DNA of 48,456 nt from Octopus bimaculoides (lineage: Eukaryota): contig NC_068986.1 in NCBI RefSeq assembly GCF_001194135.2, positions 26,755,829 through 26,804,284 of the forward strand, given 5' to 3'. Below the pieces are notes generated by a model. The model saw only the letters and a program-made list of their open reading frames with translations, did not search any database and was not told the DNA's origin. Below are positions 23,001 through 35,112 of the stretch, piece after piece. The position numbers and the translations under genes are program-made. Numbering within the stretch: position 1 is the stretch's first letter; each line of letters begins with the position of its first letter.

Positions 23001-23898
23001 CTATTTTTCAATTCCATTTGATGTTTATTGACTAAATAAAGACTACTGGTTGTATTTAATGCACATAATTGTTTGTTTTTTTTTTTAGTCCTCATCCAAA
23101 CCAATGTCAGTTTGTCCTATTTAAGCCAATTGAGTGAAACAAAAACTATTTGTTCTTGGCATACATTTGCATATTAAGAACAGACTAGAGATCAAAAGAA
23201 ACAACAATGTAGAATACTATAAATATGATAGACTTTCTATGAATACAATACAATCATAGTAAGGATATATAATAAAGTCTGGCAAGGGAAATAACACATA
23301 ACATTAGAGAAAATACTATTTCAAAAATATCAAGTAAAATATAGCTACTGAAAACACTATTTTACTTAATAACTATAGTGAATGTAGTGCTAAAACGTTG
23401 GACAACTACGAGCTAAAAACTTGCTATATTTTTCATGCTCCTCGAAAGATACATTACTCTGTTAACTGCCTACTTTATGATTGATTAGTTAGTAATAGGA
23501 GGCTGCAAAAAACATTTGATCTAATGTTTGCGAAAAATGTCTTACACATTCAAGCATGGAAAATGAGAGGGATTGATTCAGACTGAGTGTTTTTTTACAG
23601 TATTTAGATCATTACCTCGTTCAGCTACAAATTTCATCAAATCAACTATACCCATTATTCTCCGCGGTATATAAAATAACCACAAACCTAAGTCAGTTAG
23701 TCAATTATATTCTCTTTTCTTGAGCCATGGCAGTTAGGAAAATAAAGTACAGATGCTACATGAAACTGAAGAAATTTAATAAAATCTAAGAGACTCAAAA
23801 CTTAGCAAATATCTAAGCATTTGAAATCAACTGTTAAGCCCATTAGGATTTTTCAAATTATTAATCCCATCATGAAAGATGAAAGATCTAAACATTTA

Positions 23899-24093
23899 CG
23901 AGAGGGTGCTGAAAAGTTCTTGGCTCTAAGGGTATCACGAAAGGCTTGGTTGGAGGCCCAACCTTCCAAGTTCTTTTACAGGGCTTAGAAAATCTGAAGG
24001 AACACTGCAATAAGTGTGTGAATCAAATCATAATTAACTGATCCTATCGTATTTTCTTTTACCCAAAGCCAGGAACTTTTCAGCACCCCTTTG
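23899..24093. mobile_element. Tc1/mariner MITE
   Basis: TA|cgagagggtgctgaaaagtt ... aacttttcagcacccctttg|TA. Confidence 0.8.
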
Positions 24094-24319
24094 TACATCT
24101 ACATTGTTTTGATCAGTCTGATCTCCAATTGTAATCAAAGGTCTTATTCCTGAAAATGCACAGAATAAAATGCCACACTGGTTTCAAATGAGATATCTAG
24201 ACTAATTAAAAGTAACAACACTCTTGTCCATCCACTGGGACAATGAAACACCAATTATAATGTGTTTACAATATGCTTAATTATCAATCTGACAATGGAT
24301 TAAAAAAGTTAAAACTCAC

Positions 24320-24383
24320 ATGCACGTCCATTGGTCTCCACATCAAAAAAGCACCGAGGACGGTACGTTCCGTTAACAGTCAT
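24320..24383 (-). CDS. PPIG: PPIG-like coding exon 1 (MTVNGTYRPRCFFDVETNGRA-L)
   Basis: ATG at 24383-24381, one base after acceptor ttctttccag; RPRCFFD motif; donor T|gtgagt, phase 1. Confidence 0.9.
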
Positions 24384-25142
24384 GCTGGAAAGAAAAAAAG
24401 AACCAAAGAATTTTAATAAATAGGATGAAAGTCAATATAAATGATTTAACAAAATTAAAGATATCCAGAAAATATTTAAAGTTAAAAACAAAATTCTAAA
24501 TACAAAAAAAAAAAACTATCAAGATTATTCAATAGTTTGAACACTGATTGGGTGGGTTTGCTCAAATGTGATCTATTGTCATCATCATCACACTCTCAAG
24601 TCCAGACTTTTCAAAGCCTTCTAAATTTCCCACAATTAAGTTCACCTAATTTTCATCCTCTTTGGCATAAAAGTTGATTTCTTAATTTCACCAGAGTATA
24701 AATACCTATAATGGTGATGCTTAAAAAAAAAAAAACTTTTTTTTTAAAGTAAAACTTACAGATTTCCTGATAAGCAAGTGCACATATTATTTTTATCCTA
24801 CAACGAACTACAGTATGTTTGATTCGCCTGACATCATCAAAAGATGTTGCTATGCAATATTTCTATATTTCATTTTGTTTACGTTTTTTATAGGAATCGA
24901 CCGTCATCTGCGTGTGTATAGATCATGGTGTACCTATGTATGTAGACGTGTGGGTACATACATACATAGATGTGCGACTGTGTGTGTGTGTACAGTGATG
25001 GATTCGAGGGTTTCTTTTATTTATGAGTTGATTTCTTAATTTCAACCATTCTTAGTCTTCTAATCTTCTTTCAGTCAAACACTTACAAAGCTTAATTCAG
25101 TTCATTTAAAAAGGGTAAGCAACACATTGTAAACCACACTAT

Positions 25143-25420
25143 ATCATCATCCTCATCGTTTAATGTCCGCTTTCCATGCTAGCATGGGTTGGACGATTTG
25201 ACTGAGGACTGGCGAACCAGAAGGCTACACCAGGCTCCAATCTGATTTGGCAGAGTTTCTACAGCTGGATGCCCTTCCTAACGCCAACCACTCCAAGAGT
25301 GTAGTGGATGCTTTTGTGTGCCACCGGCACGAAGGCCAGTCAGGCGGTACTGACAACGGCCACGCTCAAAAAGGTGTTTTTTACGTGCCACCTGCACAGG
25401 AGCCAGTCCAGCGGCACTGG
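25143..25420 (-). mobile_element. RTE 3' tail copy (little decayed)
   Basis: catcatcctcatcgtttaatgtccgctttccatgctagcatgggttggacg...; CpGs retained. Confidence 0.85.
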
Positions 25421-26142
25421 CAACGATTCACGAATAAATTTATCTGCATGCAGGATATCCGTTACCCCTCTGATAACTTTGCTTTTAATTTCTTTTGTTG
25501 TTTTAGTCATAACCTAATGTTTTTGGAATGGTTTTGTTCAAAAATGACTGCTCTACAACATGCATTTAATCAAAGCTATGAATAGACCAATATAAGAAGC
25601 ACAGGGATTCAGAATGGATGATGAAAATACTGAGTATTAATTTGCACCTGCCTTTGCTAAATGTAATTGTTCTTTACTTTCCTTTTATTTTTCTTTAACT
25701 AAATTAAGACTAAACAGACCTATTTTAAGGAGTAAATTAATTGCTATCTGATAAACATAGTTTCATGCTTTGCTCTTCATTGATTATTTTATATTTCAAA
25801 TATATATATTTAGCTTCTAGCCATAAATCTTGACCATCTTTGGTCCCAAGTTTGCTGCATAAATAGTTGGGCAACAGTGGTTCTACCGATTTTGAAAATC
25901 ATCATAAAATTTGACCCACCAATTTTTGTAGTTTTGTAAACTACAACTCTCTAAGAATAAAAATTTATATTTTTTTATTTTCACTATCATTAAGCACTCC
26001 CTGTTTCTGAAGTTTCAAATAAATTTTGTTTCATCAGCATGTTTCCACACAAAATTGTTTACAGGGTGTGAACTTGTACAATTTGTCGAGTGGTGCATTA
26101 AATCAAACCTTATTAAGGACCATACATACATTATATACAATA

Positions 26143-26355
26143 ATTGTTTTCAAATTTTGGCACAAGGCCAGCAATTTCAGGGAGGGGCTAAACCGATTAA
26201 ACTAACCCCAGTGTTCAACTGGTACTCATTTTATCAACCCCAAAAGGATGGAATGCAAAGCAGACACTGGCAGTATTTGAACCCAGAACATAAAGATAGA
26301 TGAAATGCTGCTAAACATTTTGCCCAATGTACTAACAATTCTACCAGCTCACCTT
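26143..26355 (-). mobile_element. SINE family B
   Basis: ttttggcacaaggccagcaatt ... atttgaacccagaac ... ctaacaattctaccagctc. Confidence 0.75.
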
Positions 26356-26369
26356 TATATATAACATTG

Positions 26370-26500
26370 GGCCTCACCGAGGCAATGACAACGTGAAATG
26401 AAGTGTCTTGCTCAAAAACACAACACACAGCCCAATCTGGGAATCAAACTCACTACCTCATGATTGTGAGCCCAACACTCTAACCACTAGCCATGCACCT
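26370..26500 (-). mobile_element. tRNA-derived SINE head fragment
   Basis: Reverse strand: gcatggctagtggttagagtg ... gagtttgattcc. Confidence 0.65.
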
Positions 26501-27392
26501 TCACATACACAGATAGGTCTCATTTAGTGTCTGTATATCTGGGTTAACTGGAGCTGGAAGGCTTTCACAGCATCTCACCACTTAACACAGTTCTTGGATA
26601 ATCAACACACATTACCTGACATAAAATGTGCTAAGCATTTTCTCTTGTAGATGTCATGCTTTGGATTTTCTTTTTTCACAAATGAATAACCATTCTATCA
26701 CCAAGAGATGCTTTTGCATAAACAGAGTACAAAAAAATTTGGTTGATTGAAATAATACTTGCAAACAGACACGGCCAAATAACTTAAAAGATACTACAAT
26801 TCAGCTCTCTAAATGACCTTTTAATAGTGAAGACTAAACACTCTAAATAATTTAGTTCAAACATTACTGTCTAGTTTTATACTTCCCTAGATAGAAACAT
26901 AATCATTGAAGGCTGAATCTGTTGCTAAATAGGATTTTAAAGCTGCAGTAGTTAGAGATGGTCCCATAACCCCATAACTTCAATCACCATGGAACACCAA
27001 AGTGTGCAACCCATGTCAGCAAGGAACATGGAAGTCAAATCATGATGATGAAACAAGGGATAACCCTCTATGCTGATAATCTGTTAGAAATAGCAACTAA
27101 ATTTTCTCTCAGGTCACGCCCTAACATATTAAAAATAAGAAGAGAGACATTACATTGGACTATGTGGCCTTGACATAAAAAAAAAAACACAGAAAGGTCA
27201 CAACAAGAATGCTTTTGAGAAGTTTGCTTGATTAGGATTAAATGAGGGTGAAGGATACAAAAAAAAAAAAAAAATGATAAAAATCAAGAGAATAGATTCT
27301 TAATACAGTGATGGTTAGTCTTTAAATTTCAAGCCACCAACCTAAAGAGACTAAAGCAGAAATAATTAAACTAGGTTTTCGTTTTACAACAA

Positions 27393-27500
27393 CATGGTTT
27401 CGGGTTCAGTCCCACAGTACAACACCTTCAGCAAGTGTCTTCTCCTATAGCCCTGGGCCGACCAATGCCTTGAGTGAATTTGAAAATTGTGTGGAAGCCT
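27393..27500 (+). mobile_element. tRNA-derived SINE head fragment
   Basis: gggttcagtccca (B-box-like) ... gcaagtgtcttctcctatagcc. Confidence 0.65.
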
Positions 27501-27503
27501 GTC

Positions 27504-27540
<37 letters not shown>

Positions 27541-27845
27541 AAATCTCTGAACGAGGTGTTAGGAGATGCACTTGCATAGCAAGTGACCTGATCTGAGATC
27601 GTGTGTTGGAACGAAAACAATTGCAGTGTGGAAGGTGTTTATAAGCCATTTAAAATAACACACAAAATCCGTTAGATTCACTTCAACATTTAAATTTAAT
27701 TTGTCAAAATATTTTCGTCGCTTTGAGACCGCGACCTGTTCACTGACAAAATTCTGTGCTGCATCTGAGAAAGTAATATAGTTAGTTCATGATATATATG
27801 TACATGTGTATGTATGTATGTGAGTATGCATGTATGTACTTATGG

Positions 27846-28286
27846 NNNNNNNNNNNNNNNNNNNNNNNNNNNNNNNNNNNNNNNNNNNNNNNNNNNNNNN
27901 NNNNNNNNNNNNNNNNNNNNNNNNNNNNNNNNNNNNNNNNNNNNNNNNNNNNNNNNNNNNNNNNNNNNNNNNNNNNNNNNNNNNNNNNNNNNNNNNNNNN
28001 NNNNNNNNNNNNNNNNNNNNNNNNNNNNNNNNNNNNNNNNNNNNNNNNNNNNNNNNNNNNNNNNNNNNNNNNNNNNNNNNNNNNNNNNNNNNNNNNNNNN
28101 NNNNNNNNNNNNNNNNNNNNNNNNNNNNNNNNNNNNNNNNNNNNNNNNNNNNNNNNNNNNNNNNNNNNNNNNNNNNNNNNNNNNNNNNNNNNNNNNNNNN
28201 NNNNNNNNNNNNNNNNNNNNNNNNNNNNNNNNNNNNNNNNNNNNNNNNNNNNNNNNNNNNNNNNNNNNNNNNNNNNNNNNNNNNNN
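27846..28286. other. Assembly gap (441 N)
   Basis: Run of N flanked by microsatellite-like sequence. Confidence 0.99.
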
Positions 28287-28309
28287 TATATATATACACA
28301 TACGTGTTT

Positions 28310-28506
28310 ATACTCCTGTCACATCTTGACAACTGGTGTTGGTTTGTTTACTTACCCGTAACTTAGCGGGTCAGTAAAAGAACCGATAGAATAAGTAACA
28401 AACTTTAAAAAAAATTACTGCTGTCGATTTGATTGACTAAACCCTCCCCCAGCGGTGCCCCAACATGACCGCAGTCCAATCCGGGAAACAAGTAAATGAT
28501 AAAAGA
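28310..28506 (+). mobile_element. SINE 3' body fragment
   Basis: gacaactggtgttggtttgtttac ... ggtgccccaacatgaccgcagtc ... gaaacaagtaaatgataaaag; 42770-42790 carries the inverse of the first part. Confidence 0.6.
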
Positions 28507-29720
28507 TACTTTATATTTAACTGCCACAGATTTATTTTAAATGAAACACATTTCTTAAAAATCGTTTGATTGTTAATTAATAATTAGCTTTGTGGATTTC
28601 CAACTTCACAATCTGAAACGTTAAGAAGGATTATTTTGTGATGGAAAACCCAGTGGATAAGTTTTCACACGTTAGCTGGTCTACGCGTACTAAATACTTA
28701 AAACAGTCGTTTTAAAAATGTCAAGAGTTAACCAATAACGTGTAGAAGGGTGGATATGCTGTCAGTAAGGAATGAGACGGTTCAATAGATTTGAACTAAA
28801 TCAAAATGCAGAAAGCATTCGTCGAGCCTACGAGGAGCAAAGCCTCAGGTTGCTAGAAATAATAGCTGAATCTCACTCGAATCACATTTAACCATCTTTA
28901 AAAAGAACACATTGGATGATATTGTAAAAGACAATATTGTTATGGCTGGAACGCGTTTGATCCTATATGTACTTGGACAAAACTGACCTGCAGCAAAACA
29001 TCATGAAACAATTCGATCAAGGGACCTACTAGAAATAACAGCTAAATCTCTCTCGAAGAAAAACAATGTATGCCCAGATATACAAAAGATTGGATGGTCT
29101 TGACGAGAGCGCCTTTGATAGTAAGGCTTGCGCGATTAGGAGTGACCTGTTGGTAAGAACATGAAGCAATTCTGGTTTAACAACGTGTATTACAAAATTA
29201 GCACAGGAAGCAACCAGGGTAGCAAGCTTCATTCAAATGACGTACAGCAACTATTTTGAGTTTACAAGATTTTTTTTTTTTTTTAATGTCTGCTACATGG
29301 ATGAAGATGACTATATGCTCATGCATGATCATCAACCGATTCATGAATAAGTAAATTGTAGAATTTAAGAAAAGAAAGAAAAGAAAATAAAAAAAAAAGA
29401 AGAAGCTTAGCAACATGATCAATATGTTGGAGACGAGGGGTGGATGCCGATTATAGTAGTTGTGCGATAGCAGATTACGAATAGATCCTCAAATCGATAA
29501 GTTATAATTATTCCGATGCCAATCAATACCGAAAGCAGACAAAGGAACTATCCACAGATAGGTTTATATTGCTAATGTAACATACATAATATTGTCCGAA
29601 TTAAAATACGTCAACCAACAGACACGATAGTGCTTAAATCCGAGCAACTGCTCTGATATGTTAGTTAATATTACCAGCTAGATCAATGTAACTAAATATT
29701 TGTAACTAGATATTTCTATT

Positions 29721-29876
29721 NNNNNNNNNNNNNNNNNNNNNNNNNNNNNNNNNNNNNNNNNNNNNNNNNNNNNNNNNNNNNNNNNNNNNNNNNNNNNNNN
29801 NNNNNNNNNNNNNNNNNNNNNNNNNNNNNNNNNNNNNNNNNNNNNNNNNNNNNNNNNNNNNNNNNNNNNNNNNNNN
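29721..29876. other. Assembly gap (156 N)
   Basis: Run of N followed by (TA)n(CA)n. Confidence 0.99.
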
Positions 29877-29925
<49 letters not shown>

Positions 29926-30275
29926 TACATACATACAAACATGTATTTATGTATCAGCTGCTATGAACACAGTCACGATGAAGAAAATATTTTTCAATGA
30001 GGAAATTTAATTTTGAATTTCGAAGAAGCAGACTAAAAACTATTTGCAAGACATTTCTTCTATTTGCGGTTTAAAGACGATTTGTTGTGGTGAGACGAAA
30101 TAAAACGATGAAACAAACGACATGTATAATGGCGGAACATGGAGGAATACAGTACAGTACGCTATATAAAGCAAACAACAAGGGTACGACTGCTGCTGCC
30201 TACCTCCTCGTCTTATTTGTTGAACACTGGCTGAGATATTTTCCTAACAAAAAAATGCGTACAACTATATATACA

Positions 30276-30288
30276 TACACACACACAC

Positions 30289-30331
<43 letters not shown>
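30276..30331. repeat. (CA)n/(TA)n microsatellite
   Basis: Direct reading. Confidence 0.9.
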
Positions 30332-30334
<3 letters not shown>

Positions 30335-32741
30335 ATAACAAGTAGATAACAATTTGCATGTAGCAATGTATACACAAGTTAATTTTAGTATAGCTTCCTT
30401 TCTTTTCTCAAATGTTTATTAAATGTCAGGTATACTTAGCTCTTCGCAACAACCTTTAACAATGTAAATATCATTACAAAAACAAAATGGTTTCAAAATT
30501 TATTGCTACAAATATACATCCAATACGCTCCTCAGCCATCTAATATAAGACTGTGTATATATGTATGTGTGTGTGTATATATATATATATATATTATATA
30601 AGTTGTGTATTATATAGGCATGTTTATCTATATATACCCGTAGAAGGCGGAGGTGTGTGTGTATATTATATATAATTTTGTTTATAAATGTATTAATTAG
30701 TAGTCACATAATTAAGGAAGGAAATTAAAAACGATAGACTAGTGCGGCAATAAGATTTTAATATGGGAGGAAGAAAGCATTTAGTAGTGTTCTGTCATCA
30801 AGTGGAATCGAAGGTTTGCTCAAAGCGGAAGCAATATTTAGGACTGATACAACACATCATAGAAAGAAAAGAAAAACTCGGTGCCAGGTGTTAATTGTCA
30901 ATGAAACCGAATCTATTTCATATGCAAGATTGTCTCTTCCTCTCAATATATATATAAATGTGCATATTTATATATAAGTACAACTATCGAGAAATGGGCA
31001 TCTTCTTTTTATAGTAAAATCAAGTGAGATGTGGACAGCGGGGGTGGAAAAACAAGGGGAAAATATGCCTAACCATTACATTCAGACTGCAAGCAAAAGG
31101 GAAAGCATGTACGATCAAGGTACACAATGATTTGAGAATAAAATTGACTCGATGTTCATTACTTAAAACTAAAACATAAAAGTATTAAAGGTTAACAAAT
31201 ACTAATAATAGCTATTTAACGTTGGGCAAGCATGGGTCAATATATAACAGAAATTATAAAAAAATACCTCAAGAATGCTTCATGCACATCATTAAAGATT
31301 TCAGGAATGGCGGTTTATAGATCTGACCTAAAAAAAGGTGCGATAGATTCGCACTATAAATTTAGACTAAATAAAAACAAATGTTTGTATTCAAATAAAA
31401 TCAATTCTGCTAATGTATAATAAAATGAAAAACATAATCAAGAGTAAATAGCACGAATATTTTTAATCTGTTTCAAAGCATTTAAAATAAGAAATAATAG
31501 AAATGACGATGTAAGTTTCAATAAACCCTAAACATTATAATGGACTAAACCAGAAGGCTTTGACATGTGACGTCAACTATGATAATTGTAGTTTTTTCGT
31601 GCCTCTTTATACCACTTTTACAGTACTGGAACATCAAGTGGACAAACCTATTTTATCCCAACATAAAACGCGTATGATGCCGAACAAATTAGTGATTTGA
31701 TCATTTTTACATGCATACACACTTTCAGAAATATATGTGTATATATATACATACATACATGTACACATATATATATAATTTAATTATTTATTTCCGCTAA
31801 AGGTCGCAAAATTAATGTATTATATATCAGAAATAATAGCATATTTTCAGTTTTTATTTAACGTTAATATTGCTTTTAACCACATAAAATCTTGTAATAG
31901 TTCGTTCTGCAATAGGATTTAGCAAGCTTCATCTTAGCACTGCTACTACTTGTTCATAACCTAAATTTTTCTAGAGAGCAAAGACAATCGTTTGTTTCTC
32001 TCAGTAATATGTATATATATATATATATAAATATGTAGTCGTATTTATTATTATTACTTGTTGACAACGAGCAACTGACTGAACGCTATGTAGTATGTAG
32101 TCATATTTTTATCTCCAAAATCTCTATAGCGTTGACTCTGATTCTCAGCTGTCTGGGGTGGGGCGGTTCGGTAAAACATGAACTAGTAATATGTTAGGTC
32201 AAACTAGAGCTAATGCTCTTCGAAAATTGGTTTTGTGACTTGCTAAAACAAATAGGTATTAGATTCTCTGCCAGAGTAGTCAGACTTAAAATGAAGAACC
32301 ATAGGCGACTGTAACACATCTCCTGAGGGCGTTAGCAACACAACTAAAACAGTTTTAAGTGAGAACGAACACAGAATATCTTATACCAAGCATAAGCAAC
32401 CATTTTTCGAGAAGCGGGTCACAAACATTGTTCATCATCAGGCAAGTCGCACCACAAAGAAAATGGAAGGTAATTTTTCATTAGGCGTGTCATTCAAAAA
32501 TGCCCGCAGGTTGCCCCTAACTGATCTACACAAATACTTCTTCGAGTGGCTTGAAAAAAAAAACTTAGATCTACTTGAAAAAAGAGAGGGAATTATTTCA
32601 TACGGACATAGCTGAAGTTAAAGGAGATTGATGAGAATGAAAATTAAATTCTAGACTCTTCTAAAAGTCGTTCCTTGCTTGCTGTAAAAGATTCGGTTCT
32701 GGGAAGCCGGTGTAGTTAATTGAATGAGGTTTAGATGGTAT

Positions 32742-32958
32742 ATTGGTTTCAAATTTTGGCACTAGGCTAGCGATTTCAGGGGAGGGATAAGTCAATTCTA
32801 TGGACCTCTGTGTTCAACTGGTACTTATTTTTATCGCCTCCGAAAGGGTGAAAGGCAAAGTCAATCTCGGCGCAATTTGAACTCAGAACATTAAGATGGA
32901 TGAAATGACAGTAAGATTTGTGGTCGGCGTGCTAACGATTCTGCCAGCTCACCACCTT
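32742..32958 (-). mobile_element. SINE family B (well preserved)
   Basis: ggcaaagtcaatctcggcgcaatttgaactcagaac ... gctaacgattctgccagctc. Confidence 0.8.
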
Positions 32959-35112
32959 ATGCCCAGTCAATACTGAATTTGAAGTATTGATATCATGGCA
33001 ATGTAATACCTACAGATGTGTGTGTGTGTTATAATAACATTTAAAAATTATTCTTGGCATTACCTTCGTTCATATTTTGTTTGAAACAAACCAACAAGGG
33101 AGTATCTATGTGATTGTCAATGTGCTAGAAGTAGCTGCCAGCTCTCCCTCATTTCACTCCCTACAATCAATTTATGTAAAAGACATACACTGTGTCTGAG
33201 AAAAGGCTGGGTAGTCCCATTTTGGAAGTCCTTCCTCATAGATCAGCTCAGCCAGTCCTTAGTTGTGGATCTGGATTGCCTAACATGTGGCTAAACAACA
33301 ACTTTATTTAGAAAATGTTAGTCTTTCTATGCAAAAGGATGAGAACCACTGATATAAATAAATATTTGAATGAAGAAATAATTACATATGTATTGTAAAC
33401 TTATATAACAATGCATCTGTTTGGCATATTTGTGGCTGAGAGTGCAAATCACTATTGTCTCAGGGAAGAGCATAGATGTTACCCCTCACTGGTAAATTTG
33501 AATCATCTGTCGCCAGTTTAATGTTAGAAAAAAGTCAGTAATAATACAGTTTCAAGAATCTTAATTTTTCTCTGATTGTCATATACTCTTTTAAACGATA
33601 CATTACAAAACATCAATGCTGCAGGTACATAATTTGAAGGTATGTAAATATTATGTCAATAAGACCAATATAATATCTTTATGAAGTTACATAGATCCAG
33701 TGGTGGCTTGTAGATAAAATTAGTGGGGGTGCTGCTTTAGAAAAGTTTTAGCCGTTGTTTTAATATTGTGTAAAAGGAAACAAACATATAAAACAAATAC
33801 ATATACATAAATTTGATTGGTTCGCGTTTTAGCCACTGATGGGTAGTGTGTTTAATTTGTCCACTGAACACCACCGTGAATTGTTTTTAAAAAACACCCC
33901 CATAAATTACAAAATAAGGGGGGAAAATCTGCCCTATTTTTCAAATCCTGGCTGCAACACTGAAGCTGGAAGCAGGATAATAATCTAATTCTACACTTTG
34001 TCACATTCAAGAATATAAACATGTTTTTAAGCACAACACATGCAGAGTCAAAAAGAAACACTACCTTTCACTGGCACTGCATGAACGACAGTGCTCTCTC
34101 TCCCTAGCATGAAGTTTCCTATCTTGGACATGTGAGCATGCGTACAACAGTCAAACACCATGTCACTGGAACTGTGAAGCACACAGTCCTATACAAAGGA
34201 TATTTGTATTTTTTTCATAAACTAGGGGGATGGCTACTAACATTAAGCTTAAGGATTATATATTGTACAACTATAAAGAAAGAATTAAAGAAAAAAGGAC
34301 TCTTTATATTGAATATTACCAATAATATCGAGTGATAATAGGGGATGCTGCAGTTCCGCTGTGCCTATACACGAGCTGCCACTGCATAGGTCATACTAGC
34401 ACCACACATTCCCATAAGCTAATTAAAAGAATATATTTTGTTTATCATTTGCTTTCTTGATCTGTTGTTACTGCTGTTGCTAGAAACAAACACACGTGCA
34501 TATGCATGCACAGAAATGTACACATGCAAATAGAAAGAGAGGGAGAGAAAAAGACATTACAATTTATTAAATGAACAAGCTTAACATTAACACTTTCCCT
34601 CTCCTCATACACGTAAAGAGAAATACTCTCGTACACATAAACAGAGAGAAAGATAGGGAGACAGAGACAGACTCTAAGAAAAGGATGGAGAGAACAAGAG
34701 AAACATTAAAATATCTGATGTCAAATAGGTCAGCATCAAATCAGCAATGCTAGACACATGAAGCCAAAATGTTTCATACCCATGACCCATAGAGGCTTTC
34801 TTGATGGCTCATGTTCTATTTGTTGTTGTTCAACTGCTAATCAGACCTGATTGAATAAACCTATTATCAAAGACATTCCAATCATGACCATCTTGTTTTT
34901 TCAGACTTAGACTTTCCTGTTTATGATAACAGAATGTGACATATGAAAGATTTGGCTGCTACATCTAGTAGGTCACTTGACCTACAGAGTTCAAGGTTTG
35001 AAATTGACAGTTATTTGTTATTCTTGTAGTACGTCACTTCGGTATTTTGTTATGTTATATCGTCATTTAGCAATAAATAATATGTGACTCCGCCAATCTA
35101 ATATATATATAA

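Larger units (their letters stand above)
1638..24384 (-). other. PPIG: PPIG/NKTR-like (Moca-family) nuclear cyclophilin gene, 11 coding exons in window, 3' end probably outside window
   Basis: Exons of 64,75,108,45,88,30,146,178,129,112,593 nt splice in frame (1568 nt) with GT-AG introns. Product: MTVNGTYRPRCFFDV...[14 protein letters not shown]...[18 protein letters not shown]...PHLDGVHVVFG...NCGE, then S/K-rich, PEEIP..P..KFL.R, GRKIKGRG, TPPHWR and RS-like segments typical of PPIG/NKTR. PPIG versus NKTR orthology is not resolvable by eye. Confidence 0.92.

Noticed and set aside
27787-28366. Several long ORFs in the ORF track
   Set aside because: Artefacts of translating the N gap; the same applies to 29678-29942.
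32463-32471. ATG GAA G|gtaatt as first exon of a plus-strand gene (also AAG|gtatgt at about 33640 and GAT|gtaagt at 31511)
   Set aside because: No downstream exons could be chained into a recognisable protein.
33698-33838. cagtggtggct...agccactg as a MITE
   Set aside because: Short terminal match only; no TSD found.
34110-34140. HEVSYLGHV as a gypsy RT motif on the plus strand
   Set aside because: Flanking residues do not continue the RT pattern.
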